From NCBI GenBank assembly GCA_963709395.1, contig CAVPWP010000018.1, positions 1 through 29,953 of the forward strand: DNA of 29,953 nt, given 5' to 3'. Of the stretch, positions 8,732 through 18,099 are shown in pieces. This DNA comes from an uncultured Alphaproteobacteria bacterium (lineage in GTDB: Bacteria; Pseudomonadota; Alphaproteobacteria; Rhodobacterales; Rhodobacteraceae). The first letter of the stretch is position 1, and the number at the start of each line of letters is the position of its first letter. The notes below the pieces were generated by a model, which made no database searches, was not told the origin of the DNA, and was given only the letters and a program-made list of their open reading frames with translations. The position numbers were made by a program, and so were the translations under genes.

Positions 8732-9425
8732 ATGAAAATCATCTGGTTGGGACATTCCGGTTTCCGCATCGAGATCGCCGGGCAGGTGCTGCTGGTCGAC
8801 CCCTGGCTGACCGGCAATCCGATGTTCCCCGAGGGCCGCCGCGAAGAGGCGATTGCCGGTGCCACAGCCGTCCTTGTCACGCATGGGCACGGCGACCACG
8901 CGGGAGATGCCGTGCAGATCGCCCGCGACCTCGGCATTCCGGTCGCCGGCATCTACGATCTGATGAGCCACCTGGAGACTGCCGAGGGCATCGCGACCGT
9001 CGGCTTCAACAAGGGCGGCACGATCAGTCTTGGCGAGGTCGCCGTCACCATGGTCAACGCGGTCCATTCCTCGTCGGTCGGCACCGATCATGGTCCGATG
9101 TATGCCGGCGCCGAGGCCGGGTTCATGATCCGGGCCGAAGGCCACACGATCTATGTCACCGGCGACACCGACATCATGGCGGACATGGCGTGGATGGGCG
9201 AATACTACGCGCCCGACATAGGGATCCTTTGCGCCGGCGGGCATTTCACCATGGACATGAAAGCCGCCGCCTGGGCCGCCCGGAAATACTTCGACTTCAA
9301 GCTGGTGATCCCCTGCCACTACCGGACCTTTCCGCTGCTGGCACAGGATGCGGCGAGATCTGAAGGCCGGCCTTCCCGGGGTCGATATTCGCGAACCCGA
9401 GGTGCTGATCGAGATCGAGGTCTGA
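8732..9425 (+). CDS. Metal-dependent hydrolase, MBL fold (UPF0173 family), frameshifted near 9350-9358. The last 23 codons (…LKAGLPGVDIREPEVLIEIEV*) are in the +1 frame, ending at TGA 9423-9425.
   Basis: MKIIWLGHSGFRIEIAGQVLLVDPWLTGNP…VTHGHGDHAGD…HYRTFPLLAQDAA is the family signature. The listed frame continues as Arg-rich junk into the next gene, whereas the +1 frame gives the expected short C-terminus and a stop 8 nt before the next start. A GGGAGG RBS precedes ATG 8732. Confidence 0.8.
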
Positions 9426-9432
9426 GCAGGGA

Positions 9433-10170
9433 ATGCGTCTGTCCGCGAATACCGGATACCTCTTCACCTCGCTTCCCTTCCCCGACCGGATCCGTGCGGC
9501 AGCGGCCGCGGGATTCGATGCGGTCGAGTTCCACGACGAGGTACAGACGGCCGATCCCGCGGCAGTCACGGAGGCGCTGGGAGCGACTGGCCTTCCCGTC
9601 TTGTCGCTCAACGCGCACATGGGGCCGGACTTCGGCTGCGCGGCGCTTGCCGGGCGAGAGGACGAGGCGATGTCGGATTTCCGCGCCGCTCTTGCCGCCG
9701 CGGACATGGTGGACGCCCGGGCGATCCATGTGATGGCAGGGACCGGGGCGGGATCGGAAAAGGTCTTCGCCGCGAACCTCGCCCGCTTTGCCGACATGAC
9801 GGACCGCACCGTGCTGGTGGAACCCATCTCGCAAGAGCGGGTGCCGGGCTATGTCCTGTCGCGTGTGGACGAGGCCGCGCGCCTTCTCGACCGGGCGGAC
9901 CGGCCGAACCTGGGCATTCTGATGGATGTCTACCATGTGCTGGCCGAAGGCGATGATCCGGTCGACCTGATCACCCGGCACGGGCGGCAAATCCGCCATG
10001 TCCAGATCGCGTCCTTCCCGTCCCGCGGCGCACCCGGAACCGGGGGGCCGGACTATCGCGCCCTCATCCCCGCCTTCAAGTCGGCAGGCATCGACGCGCT
10101 GGGGTGCGAGTATCACCCGGGCGAGACGAAGCCGGACGCGAGCGCCCTTCGGACGGCGCTCGGCCTCTAG
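9433..10170 (+). CDS. Hydroxypyruvate isomerase family / xylose-isomerase-like TIM-barrel protein (Hyi/OtnI-like)
   Basis: 245-aa ORF (MRLSANTGYLF…AAGFDAVEF…IHVMAG…VLVEPI…MDVYH…) matching Hyi-family sugar-phosphate isomerases. AGGGA RBS. Confidence 0.75.
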   Translation: MRLSANTGYLFTSLPFPDRIRAAAAAGFDAVEFHDEVQTADPAAVTEALGATGLPVLSLNAHMGPDFGCAALAGREDEAMSDFRAALAAADMVDARAIHVMAGTGAGSEKVFAANLARFADMTDRTVLVEPISQERVPGYVLSRVDEAARLLDRADRPNLGILMDVYHVLAEGDDPVDLITRHGRQIRHVQIASFPSRGAPGTGGPDYRALIPAFKSAGIDALGCEYHPGETKPDASALRTALGL

Positions 10171-10616
10171 CGCCGGTCCCGGAAGAAATCGCTCAGCAGA
10201 GCCGCTGCCTCGTCCGCGGCGATCCCGTCATAGACTTCGGGGGCGTGATGCGCCTGGGGGTGGCTGAAGACCCGGGCGCCATGGGCGACCCCGCCCGACT
10301 TCGGGTCGGAGGCGCCGTAGTAGAGCCGGGCGATGCGCGCGGCCGAGATCGCGGCGGCGCACATCGCGCAGGGCTCGAGCGTGACATAGAGGTCGCAGCC
10401 GGTCAGCCGTTCGGATCCAAGCCGGGCGCAGGCGTCGCGGATCGCCAGCATCTCGGCATGGGCGGTCGGGTCGGCCAGTTCGCGCGTGCGGTTTCCGGCG
10501 CGGGCGATCACATCGCCGTCCGGGCCGACGACCACGGCCCCGACCGGCACCTCGCCCCTGTCGGCTGCGGCCCGCGCTTCGGCCAGCGCGGTTTCCATGT
10601 GGCTGCGAAACACCAT
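10167..10616 (-). CDS. tadA: tRNA-specific adenosine deaminase. An alternative start is at 10598 (METALAEA…).
   Basis: CDA-fold zinc motifs HAEMLAIRDA and TLEPCAMCAAAI. 149 aa from the first ATG. Confidence 0.85.
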   Translation of the reverse strand: MVFRSHMETALAEARAAADRGEVPVGAVVVGPDGDVIARAGNRTRELADPTAHAEMLAIRDACARLGSERLTGCDLYVTLEPCAMCAAAISAARIARLYYGASDPKSGGVAHGARVFSHPQAHHAPEVYDGIAADEAAALLSDFFRDRR

Positions 10617-10691
10617 GGGCGCGACTTACGCCCGCGCCCTGCCCCGCTCAAGCCACTTTCCAAGGCAGCGGGCGCAGGATAAAGCCCGGGC

Positions 10692-11492
10692 ATGGCCGAG
10701 AAGACCCCTCCAGGCGACCGGATCGCCAAGGTTCTGTCGCGCGCGGGCATCGCCTCGCGCCGGGATGCGGAACGTCTGATCTCGGAGGGCCGCGTGTCGG
10801 TGAACGGCAAGGTGATCACCAGTCCCGCGCTGAACGTGACCGACGCCGACCGCATCGTCGTCGACGGCAAGGCCGTCACCGAACCGGAGGCGCCGCGCCT
10901 CTGGCTTTATCACAAGCCCCCCGGCGTCGTGACCACCGCGAAGGACGAGAAAGGCCGACCCACCGTCTTCGACGGCCTTCCGCCCGAGATGCCGCGCGTT
11001 CACACCGTCGGGCGGCTCGACCTCAATTCCGAGGGGCTGCTCCTTCTGACGAACGACGGTGGGATCAAGCGCCGCCTCGAACTGCCGTCGTCGGGCTGGC
11101 TGCGCCGATATCGCGTTCGCGTGAAAGGGTCGCCCGAAGACTCGTCTCTCATTCCGCTGCGCGAGGGGATCACCGTCGACGGGGAACGTTTCCAGCCGAT
11201 GCAGGTGACGCTGGACCGGCAGCAGGGCTCGAATGCCTGGCTGACGGTGGCCCTGCGCGAGGGCAAGAACCGCGAGGTCCGGCGCGCGCTGGCGGCCATC
11301 GGGCTTGCGGTGAACCGCCTGATCCGCGTGAGCTATGGACCGTTCAAGCTGGCCGACCTGAAACCGGGCGAGGTCAGCGAAGTGAAATCCCGCGTCGTGC
11401 GCGACCAGCTTGGCCTCGACCAGGGCAAGCCCGCGGCCCCGGAACCGACAAAACCCAAGGCGCCACGACCGTCCAAACGCCGCAAGCCTTGA
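10692..11492 (+). CDS. rluB: Pseudouridine synthase, RsuA/RluB family, with N-terminal S4 domain
   Basis: S4 domain (RIAKVLSRAGIASRRDAERLISEGRVSVNG) followed by the catalytic HTVGRLDLNSEGLLLLTNDG motif and a Lys/Pro-rich C-terminal tail. Confidence 0.85.
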   Translation: MAEKTPPGDRIAKVLSRAGIASRRDAERLISEGRVSVNGKVITSPALNVTDADRIVVDGKAVTEPEAPRLWLYHKPPGVVTTAKDEKGRPTVFDGLPPEMPRVHTVGRLDLNSEGLLLLTNDGGIKRRLELPSSGWLRRYRVRVKGSPEDSSLIPLREGITVDGERFQPMQVTLDRQQGSNAWLTVALREGKNREVRRALAAIGLAVNRLIRVSYGPFKLADLKPGEVSEVKSRVVRDQLGLDQGKPAAPEPTKPKAPRPSKRRKP

Positions 11493-11544
11493 AACCGCCC
11501 GCCCCCGCGCATTTCTTCTGAGCGAGACATACGCGGCGTGTTTC

Positions 11545-11558
11545 GGTGGCATGCCACC
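11545..11558. promoter_or_regulatory. Perfect 14-bp palindrome GGTGGCATGCCACC, 45 nt upstream of the small-ORF/xpaC-like/telA operon. Candidate operator.
   Basis: Exact inverted repeat seen in sequence, located in the 112-nt gap after rluB. No following T-run, so it is unlikely to be a terminator. Confidence 0.3.
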
Positions 11559-11604
11559 CGGTCATCGCCTATGCTGCAGTGCAAAGATGGGAGCTTGGGA
11601 ACCT

Positions 11605-11808
11605 ATGGCGCGACTTGCCCTGGCTGCGATACTGGTCATCGTCGTGGTCGGCGCTGTTGCGATCTTCATGGCCGGGCTGACCTCCATGCGCCGCGCCAGG
11701 GGGGCCGGCAACGCAGTCGCGCAAAGGGAAGACACCGCCATGCAGAAAGTGTCGTTCTTTCTTCTGATCGCCCTGATCCTTTACGTTTCGGCCTCCGGAG
11801 GCGCGTGA
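11605..11808 (+). CDS. Small two-TM membrane protein (67 aa) of unknown function, translationally coupled (TGATG) to the xpaC-like gene
   Basis: MARLALAAILVIVVVGAVAIFMAGLTS…MQKVSFFLLIALILYVSASGGA. Two hydrophobic helices. A GGGAG RBS lies 11 nt upstream. Good GC3 bias. No known family recognised. Confidence 0.4.
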   Translation: MARLALAAILVIVVVGAVAIFMAGLTSMRRARGAGNAVAQREDTAMQKVSFFLLIALILYVSASGGA

Positions 11809-12699
11809 TGGCCCAGCGCTTTGGCGGCAAGTACAGCCCCGACAAGGGCGGGGCGGCGAAGGGAGGCGGGGCGCCGAGTGCCGCCCTATGCCGGCAAGAA
11901 GCGCACGCGTGTCGGCGGACGCACGAATATCCTGTTCTTCGCCCCCGCCCCGCTTGTCCTGCGCGCCTTTCAGGAGGAACCGACGGGCCTTGCGCTGAAC
12001 CTCGCAGCCTTCGGCATCCTCATGCTGGCCGCCTGGCTGACGCGCGAGGGGTTGATCGCCGAAGAGGCCTTCGATGCCCGACGGGTGGCCAAGCGCCCGG
12101 CCTTCCCGCGCAAGATGTTCGCCAGCGCGCTGACCGGCGCGGGCCTGTTCGTCGCCGGCTTCGCGGGCAGCGAAAGCCTGTTGAACCCGATCATCTTCGC
12201 CGTACTCGGCACCGCGCTCCACAGCTTCGCCTTCGGGATCGACCCGCTGAAGGACAAGGGTGTCGAGGGCATCGACAGCTTCCAGTCGGACCGCGTCGCC
12301 AAGGCCGTCGATGAAGCGGAAAAGCACCTGACGGCGATGAGCGCCGCCATCGCCCGCACCAATGACCGCAAGCTGATCGCCCGGGTCGACAGCTTCCAGG
12401 GCACCGCCCGGGCCATGTTCCGCACCGTCGAAGAGGACCCGCGCGACCTGACCGGCGCACGCAGGTATCTGGGCGTCTACCTTCTGGGCGCGAAGGACGC
12501 GACGGTGAAATTCGCCGATCTTTATGGCAGGACGCGCGACGAAAAGGCCCGCGCGGACTACGAACGCCTGCTCGATGACCTCGAGAGGTCCTTCGCGGAC
12601 CGGACACAGAAGATGCTTGTTGACGATCGCAGCGATCTCGACGTCGAAATCGAGGTGCTGCGCGAACGGCTCGAGCGCGAGGGCGTTCACGCGAGATAG
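11808..12699 (+). CDS. XpaC-like (5-bromo-4-chloroindolyl phosphate hydrolysis protein family) membrane protein, the usual partner of TelA. Probable frameshift near 11870-11880. A GTG at 11878 with a GGGAGG RBS is an alternative, shorter start.
   Basis: Codon bias (GC3 21/23) supports translation from ATG 11808 (MAQRFGGKYSPDKGGAAKGGGAP…), which overlaps the upstream stop. The bias then moves to the +1 frame, which carries the TM segments and a C-terminal coiled region. The body matches XpaC-family proteins found next to telA. Confidence 0.5.
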
Positions 12700-12732
12700 A
12701 TTGATACATTTCGAACGAGAGGGAGACAGTCC

Positions 12733-13920
12733 ATGTCCGACACAGTCCGGCAGCAGGCCGAGGCAACGATTGCCATGATAGACGAAGTGACGAAGGTTGA
12801 CCTTGCGGAGCCCTCGACAGAAATCGTGCCCTACGAGGCAGCCGATGCGCCGCTTCAGGCCGAGATCGCGCGCCGCATGGCCGAGATCAACATGGGCAAC
12901 ACCGGCTCCATCGTCGCCTTCGGATCGTCCGCGCAGGCCGAACTGCAGGAAATCAGCCAGGCGATGCTGGCCGACGTCCGCAACAAGGACCTTGGGCCGG
13001 CCGGGGATTCCCTGCGCGAGATCGTCTCGACCATCCGCGGATTCTCGGTGTCGGAACTCGATGTCCGGCGCAAACAGTCGTGGTGGGAGCGGCTCATGGG
13101 CCGTGCGGCCCCGATGGCGAAGTTCGCGGCCAGGTTCGAAGATGTGCAGGGCCAGATCGACAAGATCACCGACAACCTTCTGACGCATGAACACAAGCTG
13201 CTGAAAGACATCAAGTCGCTCGACATGCTTTATGAGAAGACGCTGAACTTCTACGACGAGCTCGCGCTCTACATCGCGGCGGGTGAGGCCAAGCTGAAGG
13301 AGCTCGATGCGACCGACATCCCGGCCAAGGCCGCCGAGGTCGAGGCCGCGCCCGAGAACGAGGGCGTGATGAAGGCGCAGGAACTGCGTGATCTGCGCGC
13401 GGCCCGCGACGACCTTGAACGCCGGGTGCACGACCTCAAGCTGACGCGCCAGGTGACGATGCAGTCCCTGCCGTCGATCCGCCTTGTCCAGGAGAACGAC
13501 AAGAGCCTGGTGACCAAGATCAACTCGACCCTCGTCAACACCGTGCCGCTTTGGGAAACCCAGCTTGCCCAGGCCGTGACGATCCAGCGGTCGTCGGAAG
13601 CCGCGGCGGCCGTGCGCGAGGCCAACGACCTGACCAACGAGTTGCTCACCGCCAACGCCAAGAACCTGCGCGAGAGCAACAAGGTGATCCGCGAGGAGAT
13701 GGAGCGCGGCGTCTTCGACATCGAGGCCGTGAAGACCGCGAATGCCGAACTGATCGCAACGATCGAGGAAAGCCTCGCGATCGCGGATGCAGGCAAGGAA
13801 AAGCGGGCGCAGGCCGAGGTCGAACTCAAGAAGATGGAAGCCGAACTGAAGACCACGCTGGCCTCGGCCAAGGCGCGTGGCGACAAGGCCGGCGTTACCA
13901 CGGGCGAGAGTGTGCCCTGA
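12733..13920 (+). CDS. telA: Toxic anion (tellurite) resistance protein TelA/KlaB family
   Basis: 395-aa coiled-coil protein with TelA family features. GAGGGAGA RBS. Confidence 0.85.
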   Translation: MSDTVRQQAEATIAMIDEVTKVDLAEPSTEIVPYEAADAPLQAEIARRMAEINMGNTGSIVAFGSSAQAELQEISQAMLADVRNKDLGPAGDSLREIVSTIRGFSVSELDVRRKQSWWERLMGRAAPMAKFAARFEDVQGQIDKITDNLLTHEHKLLKDIKSLDMLYEKTLNFYDELALYIAAGEAKLKELDATDIPAKAAEVEAAPENEGVMKAQELRDLRAARDDLERRVHDLKLTRQVTMQSLPSIRLVQENDKSLVTKINSTLVNTVPLWETQLAQAVTIQRSSEAAAAVREANDLTNELLTANAKNLRESNKVIREEMERGVFDIEAVKTANAELIATIEESLAIADAGKEKRAQAEVELKKMEAELKTTLASAKARGDKAGVTTGESVP

Positions 13921-13925
13921 CCCCG

Positions 13926-14879
13926 ATGTCCGCATGCCGATCCAATCTGGCACACCTGCTTGCAGGCATGGCCGTTGTGTTGGCGCTAGCAGGGTGCGAG
14001 ATGGCGGGCCCGGCATCGAAGCCGGTCGACCGCCAGGTGCCGGCCGCTCCCGCGCCCGAACCCGCGACGCGTTCGGACGAAAGCCTGGCACTCGAGACAT
14101 ACTACGCGCAGGTGCAGGAATCCCTGTTGGCACGTGGCCTGCTCCGCACGGACGCAGGCGGATCCGACACGCCGTTCTCACGTGACGATCTGATCCGCAA
14201 CTTCCGTCAGATCGCGTTCTTCGAGGAGTACACCAACGTCGGCGGGCAGCTTGTCCAGCGCGAGAGCGAAGGGCTTCTTCATCGCTGGGAAAGCCCGGTG
14301 AAGATCGAGGTGACATTCGGGCGGACGGTCGATCTCGAGACGCGCGCGAAGGATGGCCGCGCGATATCCGACTACGCCGACCGCCTTGCCCGGGTGACCG
14401 GCCACCCGATCCGGGTGGTGTCGAGCGGCGGCAACTTTGAAGTCTTCATCCTGCACGAGGACGAACGCCGCGAGATGGGTCCCGAGCTGCGCCGCATCAT
14501 TCCCCGGATCGGGGACAACGCGGTCGAGACGGTCGAGGACCTGCCCCGGTCGTCCTATTGCCTGGTCTTCGCATGGGATCCGCAAAACGATGGCGCCTAC
14601 ACCAAGGCCGTGGCTGTCATCCGCGCCGAACACCCCGACCTCTTCCGGCTGTCCTGCATCCATGAGGAGATCGCGCAGGGGCTGGGCCTGTCCAACGACA
14701 GCCCCCTCGCACGACCGTCGATCTTCAACGACGACGAGGAATTCGGATTGCTGACAAGCCATGACGAGATGCTGCTTCGGATGCTCTATGACGACCGGCT
14801 TGTGCCGGGCATGTCGTCCGACGAGGCGCGCCCCTTGATCGCGGAAATGGCCGACGAGATCATGGGCGGATCGAGCTAG
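13926..14879 (+). CDS. Lipoprotein of unknown function (signal …MAVVLALAGC; possibly the DUF2927 family), 5 nt after the telA stop
   Basis: In-frame ATG 13926 within track ORF 13551..14879. LAGC lipobox. Conserved-looking C-terminal domain (…SYCLVFAWDP…HEEIAQGLGLSNDSPLARPSIFNDD…). Confidence 0.55.
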   Translation: MSACRSNLAHLLAGMAVVLALAGCEMAGPASKPVDRQVPAAPAPEPATRSDESLALETYYAQVQESLLARGLLRTDAGGSDTPFSRDDLIRNFRQIAFFEEYTNVGGQLVQRESEGLLHRWESPVKIEVTFGRTVDLETRAKDGRAISDYADRLARVTGHPIRVVSSGGNFEVFILHEDERREMGPELRRIIPRIGDNAVETVEDLPRSSYCLVFAWDPQNDGAYTKAVAVIRAEHPDLFRLSCIHEEIAQGLGLSNDSPLARPSIFNDDEEFGLLTSHDEMLLRMLYDDRLVPGMSSDEARPLIAEMADEIMGGSS

Positions 14880-14883
14880 CCCG

Positions 14884-16365
14884 GTGTCGGCCCTAGTCGC
14901 CGCCACACCGCTTCTGGCGGTCGTCGTCGGGATGACGGCGCTGCGCCTGTCGGCGGCCTGGGCGGGGGCGATCGGCCTTGCGCTGGCGTCAGGACTTCTG
15001 GTCGCGGGGCTGACGCCGACACCCTTGCCCGGCGGCAGCGTCGATGGGGCGGCAGGAACCGTCGCAGAGGCGCTGTTCTCGACCCTGACGATCCTGTGGA
15101 TCATCCTGCCGGCCCTTATCCTCTTCGAGTTCCAGAATAGGACCGGCGCGATCCTGCGCATTCGCGCCGCCCTGAGCAGCCTGACGGAGGATCGCCGGAT
15201 ACAGGCCCTTCTCATCGCGTGGTTCTTCGGCCTCTTCATCGAGGGCGCGGCAGGCTTCGGAACGCCGGTGGCGCTGTCGGCGCCGCTGCTGGCGGGCCTG
15301 GGCTATCCGCCGGTGCGGGCGGTGGTGCTGGCGCTTCTGGGCCACGCGGCGGGGGTGTCGTTCGGAGCGGTCGGCACACCCACCCTGACCCAGGTGGGTC
15401 TGTCCGGCCTCGATCCGCGCGCGTTGGCGGGGACGATTGCACTCCTCAACGTCCTGCCGGGGACGATCCTTCTTCTGGCGACGGTCCGGCTGGCAGGCGA
15501 TGGCCCGCTGAGCCGGGCCGACTACGGCTGGACCGGCTTCGCAGCGGTCGCCTTCTTCGTGCCCTCGGTGGCGTTGGCCGCCCTTGTCGGACCCGAAATC
15601 CCAAGCCTTGGCGGGGCCCTCATTGGGGCGGTCGTGTTCGTTTCGGTCCTGACCCGCAAGCGCGGCGGCACCCGGCCCTCCGCGGCAAGGCTTCTGCCCG
15701 ACCTTGCGCCCTATCTGGCCATCGTCGCGCTGGTCCTTCTGACGCGCCTTGTCGAGCCGGTTGCAACCGCCCTGCAGACCCCGACCCTCGCCTGGGAAAT
15801 GGGCGATGTCTTTCGCGGCAGTTTCCAGCCGCTTTACCACCCTGGCACTGTGCTCTTCGCAGGCCTCGTCCTCGCCGCCCTCTGGACACGGCGAACCGGC
15901 GCCCTTCCCGCGGCCACACGGGATGCGCTGCGCAGGCTTGTCCCGGTCGCGCTGGCGCTGGCGGTCATGCTGACCCTGTCGCGCGTGATGGTCCATGCCG
16001 GACTGATCGGCGAACTTGCGGCGACGGCGGCCCTGACGGGAACGGCCTGGCCGCTCATCGCACCCATGATCGGCGTGCTGGGAACCTTCATCACCGGGTC
16101 GGCGACCGCGTCGAACATCCTGTTCACCAACCTTCAGCTCTCCGCGGCATCGGATCTGTCGCTTTCGGCGGTCGTGATGACCGCGGCCCAGGGATTCGGA
16201 TCGGCGGTGGGGAACGTGGTCGCGCCACACAACATTATCGCGGGCTGTGCCACGGTCGGCCTTGCCGGCCGCGAGGGCGACATCCTGCGCAAGACGGCCC
16301 TGCCCGCCCTTCTGGCCCTCGTTCTGGGCGGCCTCCTCGTGCGGGTCTTCGCCGGACAGGGCTGA
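14884..16365 (+). CDS. lctP: L-lactate permease (LctP family). GTG start 5 nt after the preceding stop; ATG 14932 is an alternative.
   Basis: 493 aa, 12-14 TM, LctP-family blocks (…FEFQNRTGAILRIRAAL…, …GFGTPVALSAPLLAGLGYPP…). Confidence 0.8.
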   Translation: MSALVAATPLLAVVVGMTALRLSAAWAGAIGLALASGLLVAGLTPTPLPGGSVDGAAGTVAEALFSTLTILWIILPALILFEFQNRTGAILRIRAALSSLTEDRRIQALLIAWFFGLFIEGAAGFGTPVALSAPLLAGLGYPPVRAVVLALLGHAAGVSFGAVGTPTLTQVGLSGLDPRALAGTIALLNVLPGTILLLATVRLAGDGPLSRADYGWTGFAAVAFFVPSVALAALVGPEIPSLGGALIGAVVFVSVLTRKRGGTRPSAARLLPDLAPYLAIVALVLLTRLVEPVATALQTPTLAWEMGDVFRGSFQPLYHPGTVLFAGLVLAALWTRRTGALPAATRDALRRLVPVALALAVMLTLSRVMVHAGLIGELAATAALTGTAWPLIAPMIGVLGTFITGSATASNILFTNLQLSAASDLSLSAVVMTAAQGFGSAVGNVVAPHNIIAGCATVGLAGREGDILRKTALPALLALVLGGLLVRVFAGQG

Positions 16366-16444
16366 TTCCGGCATGGCCTTCCCCGGCGACTTCGGTAAGA
16401 TCGCGGGCGTGTGGCAAACCCGTTGACGAAGGGTGCAAGGACCG

Positions 16445-17555
16445 ATGGGCATTTTCGATTTTCTGAGCGGCGAATTCATCGACGTCATCCACTGGGTGGA
16501 TGACACACGCGACACGATGGTCTGGCGGTTCGAGCGTGAAGGCCACGCGATCAAGTACGGTGCCAAGCTGACGGTGCGCGAAGGTCAGGCGGCGGTCTTC
16601 GTTCACGAAGGGCAGCTTGCCGACGTCTTCACGCCGGGTCTCTACATGCTCGAGACCAACAACATGCCGATCCTGACCACCCTCAATCACTGGGATCATG
16701 GCTTCCGGTCGCCCTTCAAGTCCGAGATCTACTTCGTCGCCACAAGGCGCTTCACCGACCTCAAGTGGGGCACGAAGAACCCGATCATCCTGCGCGACCC
16801 CGAATTCGGACCCACGCGCATTCGCGCCTTCGGCACCTATTCGGTGCGCGTGACCGACCCGGGTCTCTTCCTCACCGAGATCGTCGGCACCGACGGCGAG
16901 TTCACGATGGACGAGATCAGCTTCCAGATCCGCAACATCATCGTGCAGGAATTCAGCCGGGTGATCGCCTCGTCGGGCATCCCCGTGCTCGACATGGCGG
17001 CGAACACCGCGGATCTGGGCAAGCTGGTCGCCGCCGAGATCTCCGGTCCGATCGCGGCCTACGGTCTGACGGTGCCCGAGCTTTACATCGAGAACATCTC
17101 GCTGCCTCCGGCCGTCGAGTCGGCGCTGGACAAGCGCACGTCGATGGGCGTGGTGGGCGATCTTGGCAAGTTCACCCAATACGCAGCGGCCGAGGCGCTG
17201 ACCCAGCCCGGCGGCGCGGCAGGCGGTTCCATGGCGGCCGGCGTCGGTGCCGGCATGGGAATGGCGATGGGGGCCCAGATGGCCCGGCAGGGCCCCTGGG
17301 GCGCCGTCGCCCGCCAGCGCGGCGCCCCGTACCCCCGCCGCCGCCTGGTCGAACATGTCTGGCACGTGGCCGAGAACGGTGCAGACGAAGGGCCCCTTCT
17401 CGAAGGCGACGATGGGGCGCATGGTTTCCGACGGCAAGCTGACGCGCGAAAGCTTCGTCTGGACGCCGGGACAGGACGGCTGGAAGCGCGCCGAGGATGT
17501 AATCGAGCTCGCGCAGTTGTTCACGGTCCTGCCGCCGCCGCCGCCGGGCGCCTGA
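16445..17555 (+). CDS. SPFH/Band-7 domain protein (PF13421 'virion core protein-like' subfamily) with a C-terminal GYF-like/DUF4339 domain. Frameshifted near 17380: the last 58 codons are in the +1 frame, ending at TGA 17553-17555.
   Basis: MGIFDFLSGEFIDVIHWVDDTRDTMVWRF… is the hallmark N-terminus of this SPFH subfamily. After …HVAENG the listed frame turns to junk, while the +1 frame reads QTKGPFSKATMGRMVSDGKLTRESFVWTPGQDGWKRAEDVIELAQLFTVLPPPPPGA, the expected C-terminal domain. AGGA RBS. Confidence 0.8.
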
Positions 17556-17584
17556 GCCCGCCCCCGACAACCAGGAGATCGCAC

Positions 17585-18073
17585 ATGTCCGACCGCACAG
17601 GATACTCGGTCCTTCAGATCGGCCTTCACTGGCTGGTCGCCTTCCTGATCTTCGCCGCGTATTTCGCAAGCGACGATATGGGGGATGCCCTGCGCACGCG
17701 GATCGAAACCGGCGCCAGCGGGACGACAGGCAACACGCTGCATGTCTGGCTCGGCGGGGCAGTGCTCGCTCTTGTGGTGGTGCGCATCGCGGTTCGCCTG
17801 CTGCGTGGCGCGCCCGCATCCGCGCCCGAGACACCGCCGCTTCTCGCCATGGCGTCGAAGTGGGGGCACCGGCTTCTATACGTGCTCATGGTCGTGGTGC
17901 CACTTGGTGGCGCAGTCACGTGGTATGGCGGCGTCCGCGACGCGGGCGAGGTGCATGAGGTACTCGGCAATCTCTTGATGCTGATCGTCGCGGGCCATGT
18001 CCTGGCCGCAATCCTGCACGAGGCGCTGGCACGGGACGGAACGATGCGACGGATGTTCCGCCCCGAGGCCTGA
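17585..18073 (+). CDS. Cytochrome b561 family protein (CybB-like, 4-TM di-haem membrane cytochrome)
   Basis: 162 aa from ATG 17585 with an AGGAG RBS. Conserved His positions (…QIGLHWLVAF…, …HVWLGGAVLAL…, …HRLLYVLMVVVPLGG…, …HEVLGNLLMLIVAGHVLAAILH). Same frame as the upstream junk of track ORF 16433..18073. Confidence 0.75.
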   Translation: MSDRTGYSVLQIGLHWLVAFLIFAAYFASDDMGDALRTRIETGASGTTGNTLHVWLGGAVLALVVVRIAVRLLRGAPASAPETPPLLAMASKWGHRLLYVLMVVVPLGGAVTWYGGVRDAGEVHEVLGNLLMLIVAGHVLAAILHEALARDGTMRRMFRPEA

Positions 18074-18099
18074 GTCCTTCCTCAAGGAGACCCGGCCGC

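Noticed and set aside
10167-10170. Overlap of the hyi-like and tadA stop codons (shared CTAG)
   Set aside because: Convergent genes sharing a stop tetranucleotide. This is commonplace in compact genomes and needs no special function.
11569-14316. 915-aa minus-strand ORF
   Set aside because: Antisense to the xpaC-like/telA/lipoprotein genes. Arg-rich junk.
14178-16566. 353-aa and 525-aa minus-strand ORFs, and the 415-aa plus-strand ORF 15219..16466
   Set aside because: All overlap the well-supported lctP and lipoprotein genes in other frames or on the other strand. Their composition is junk-like.
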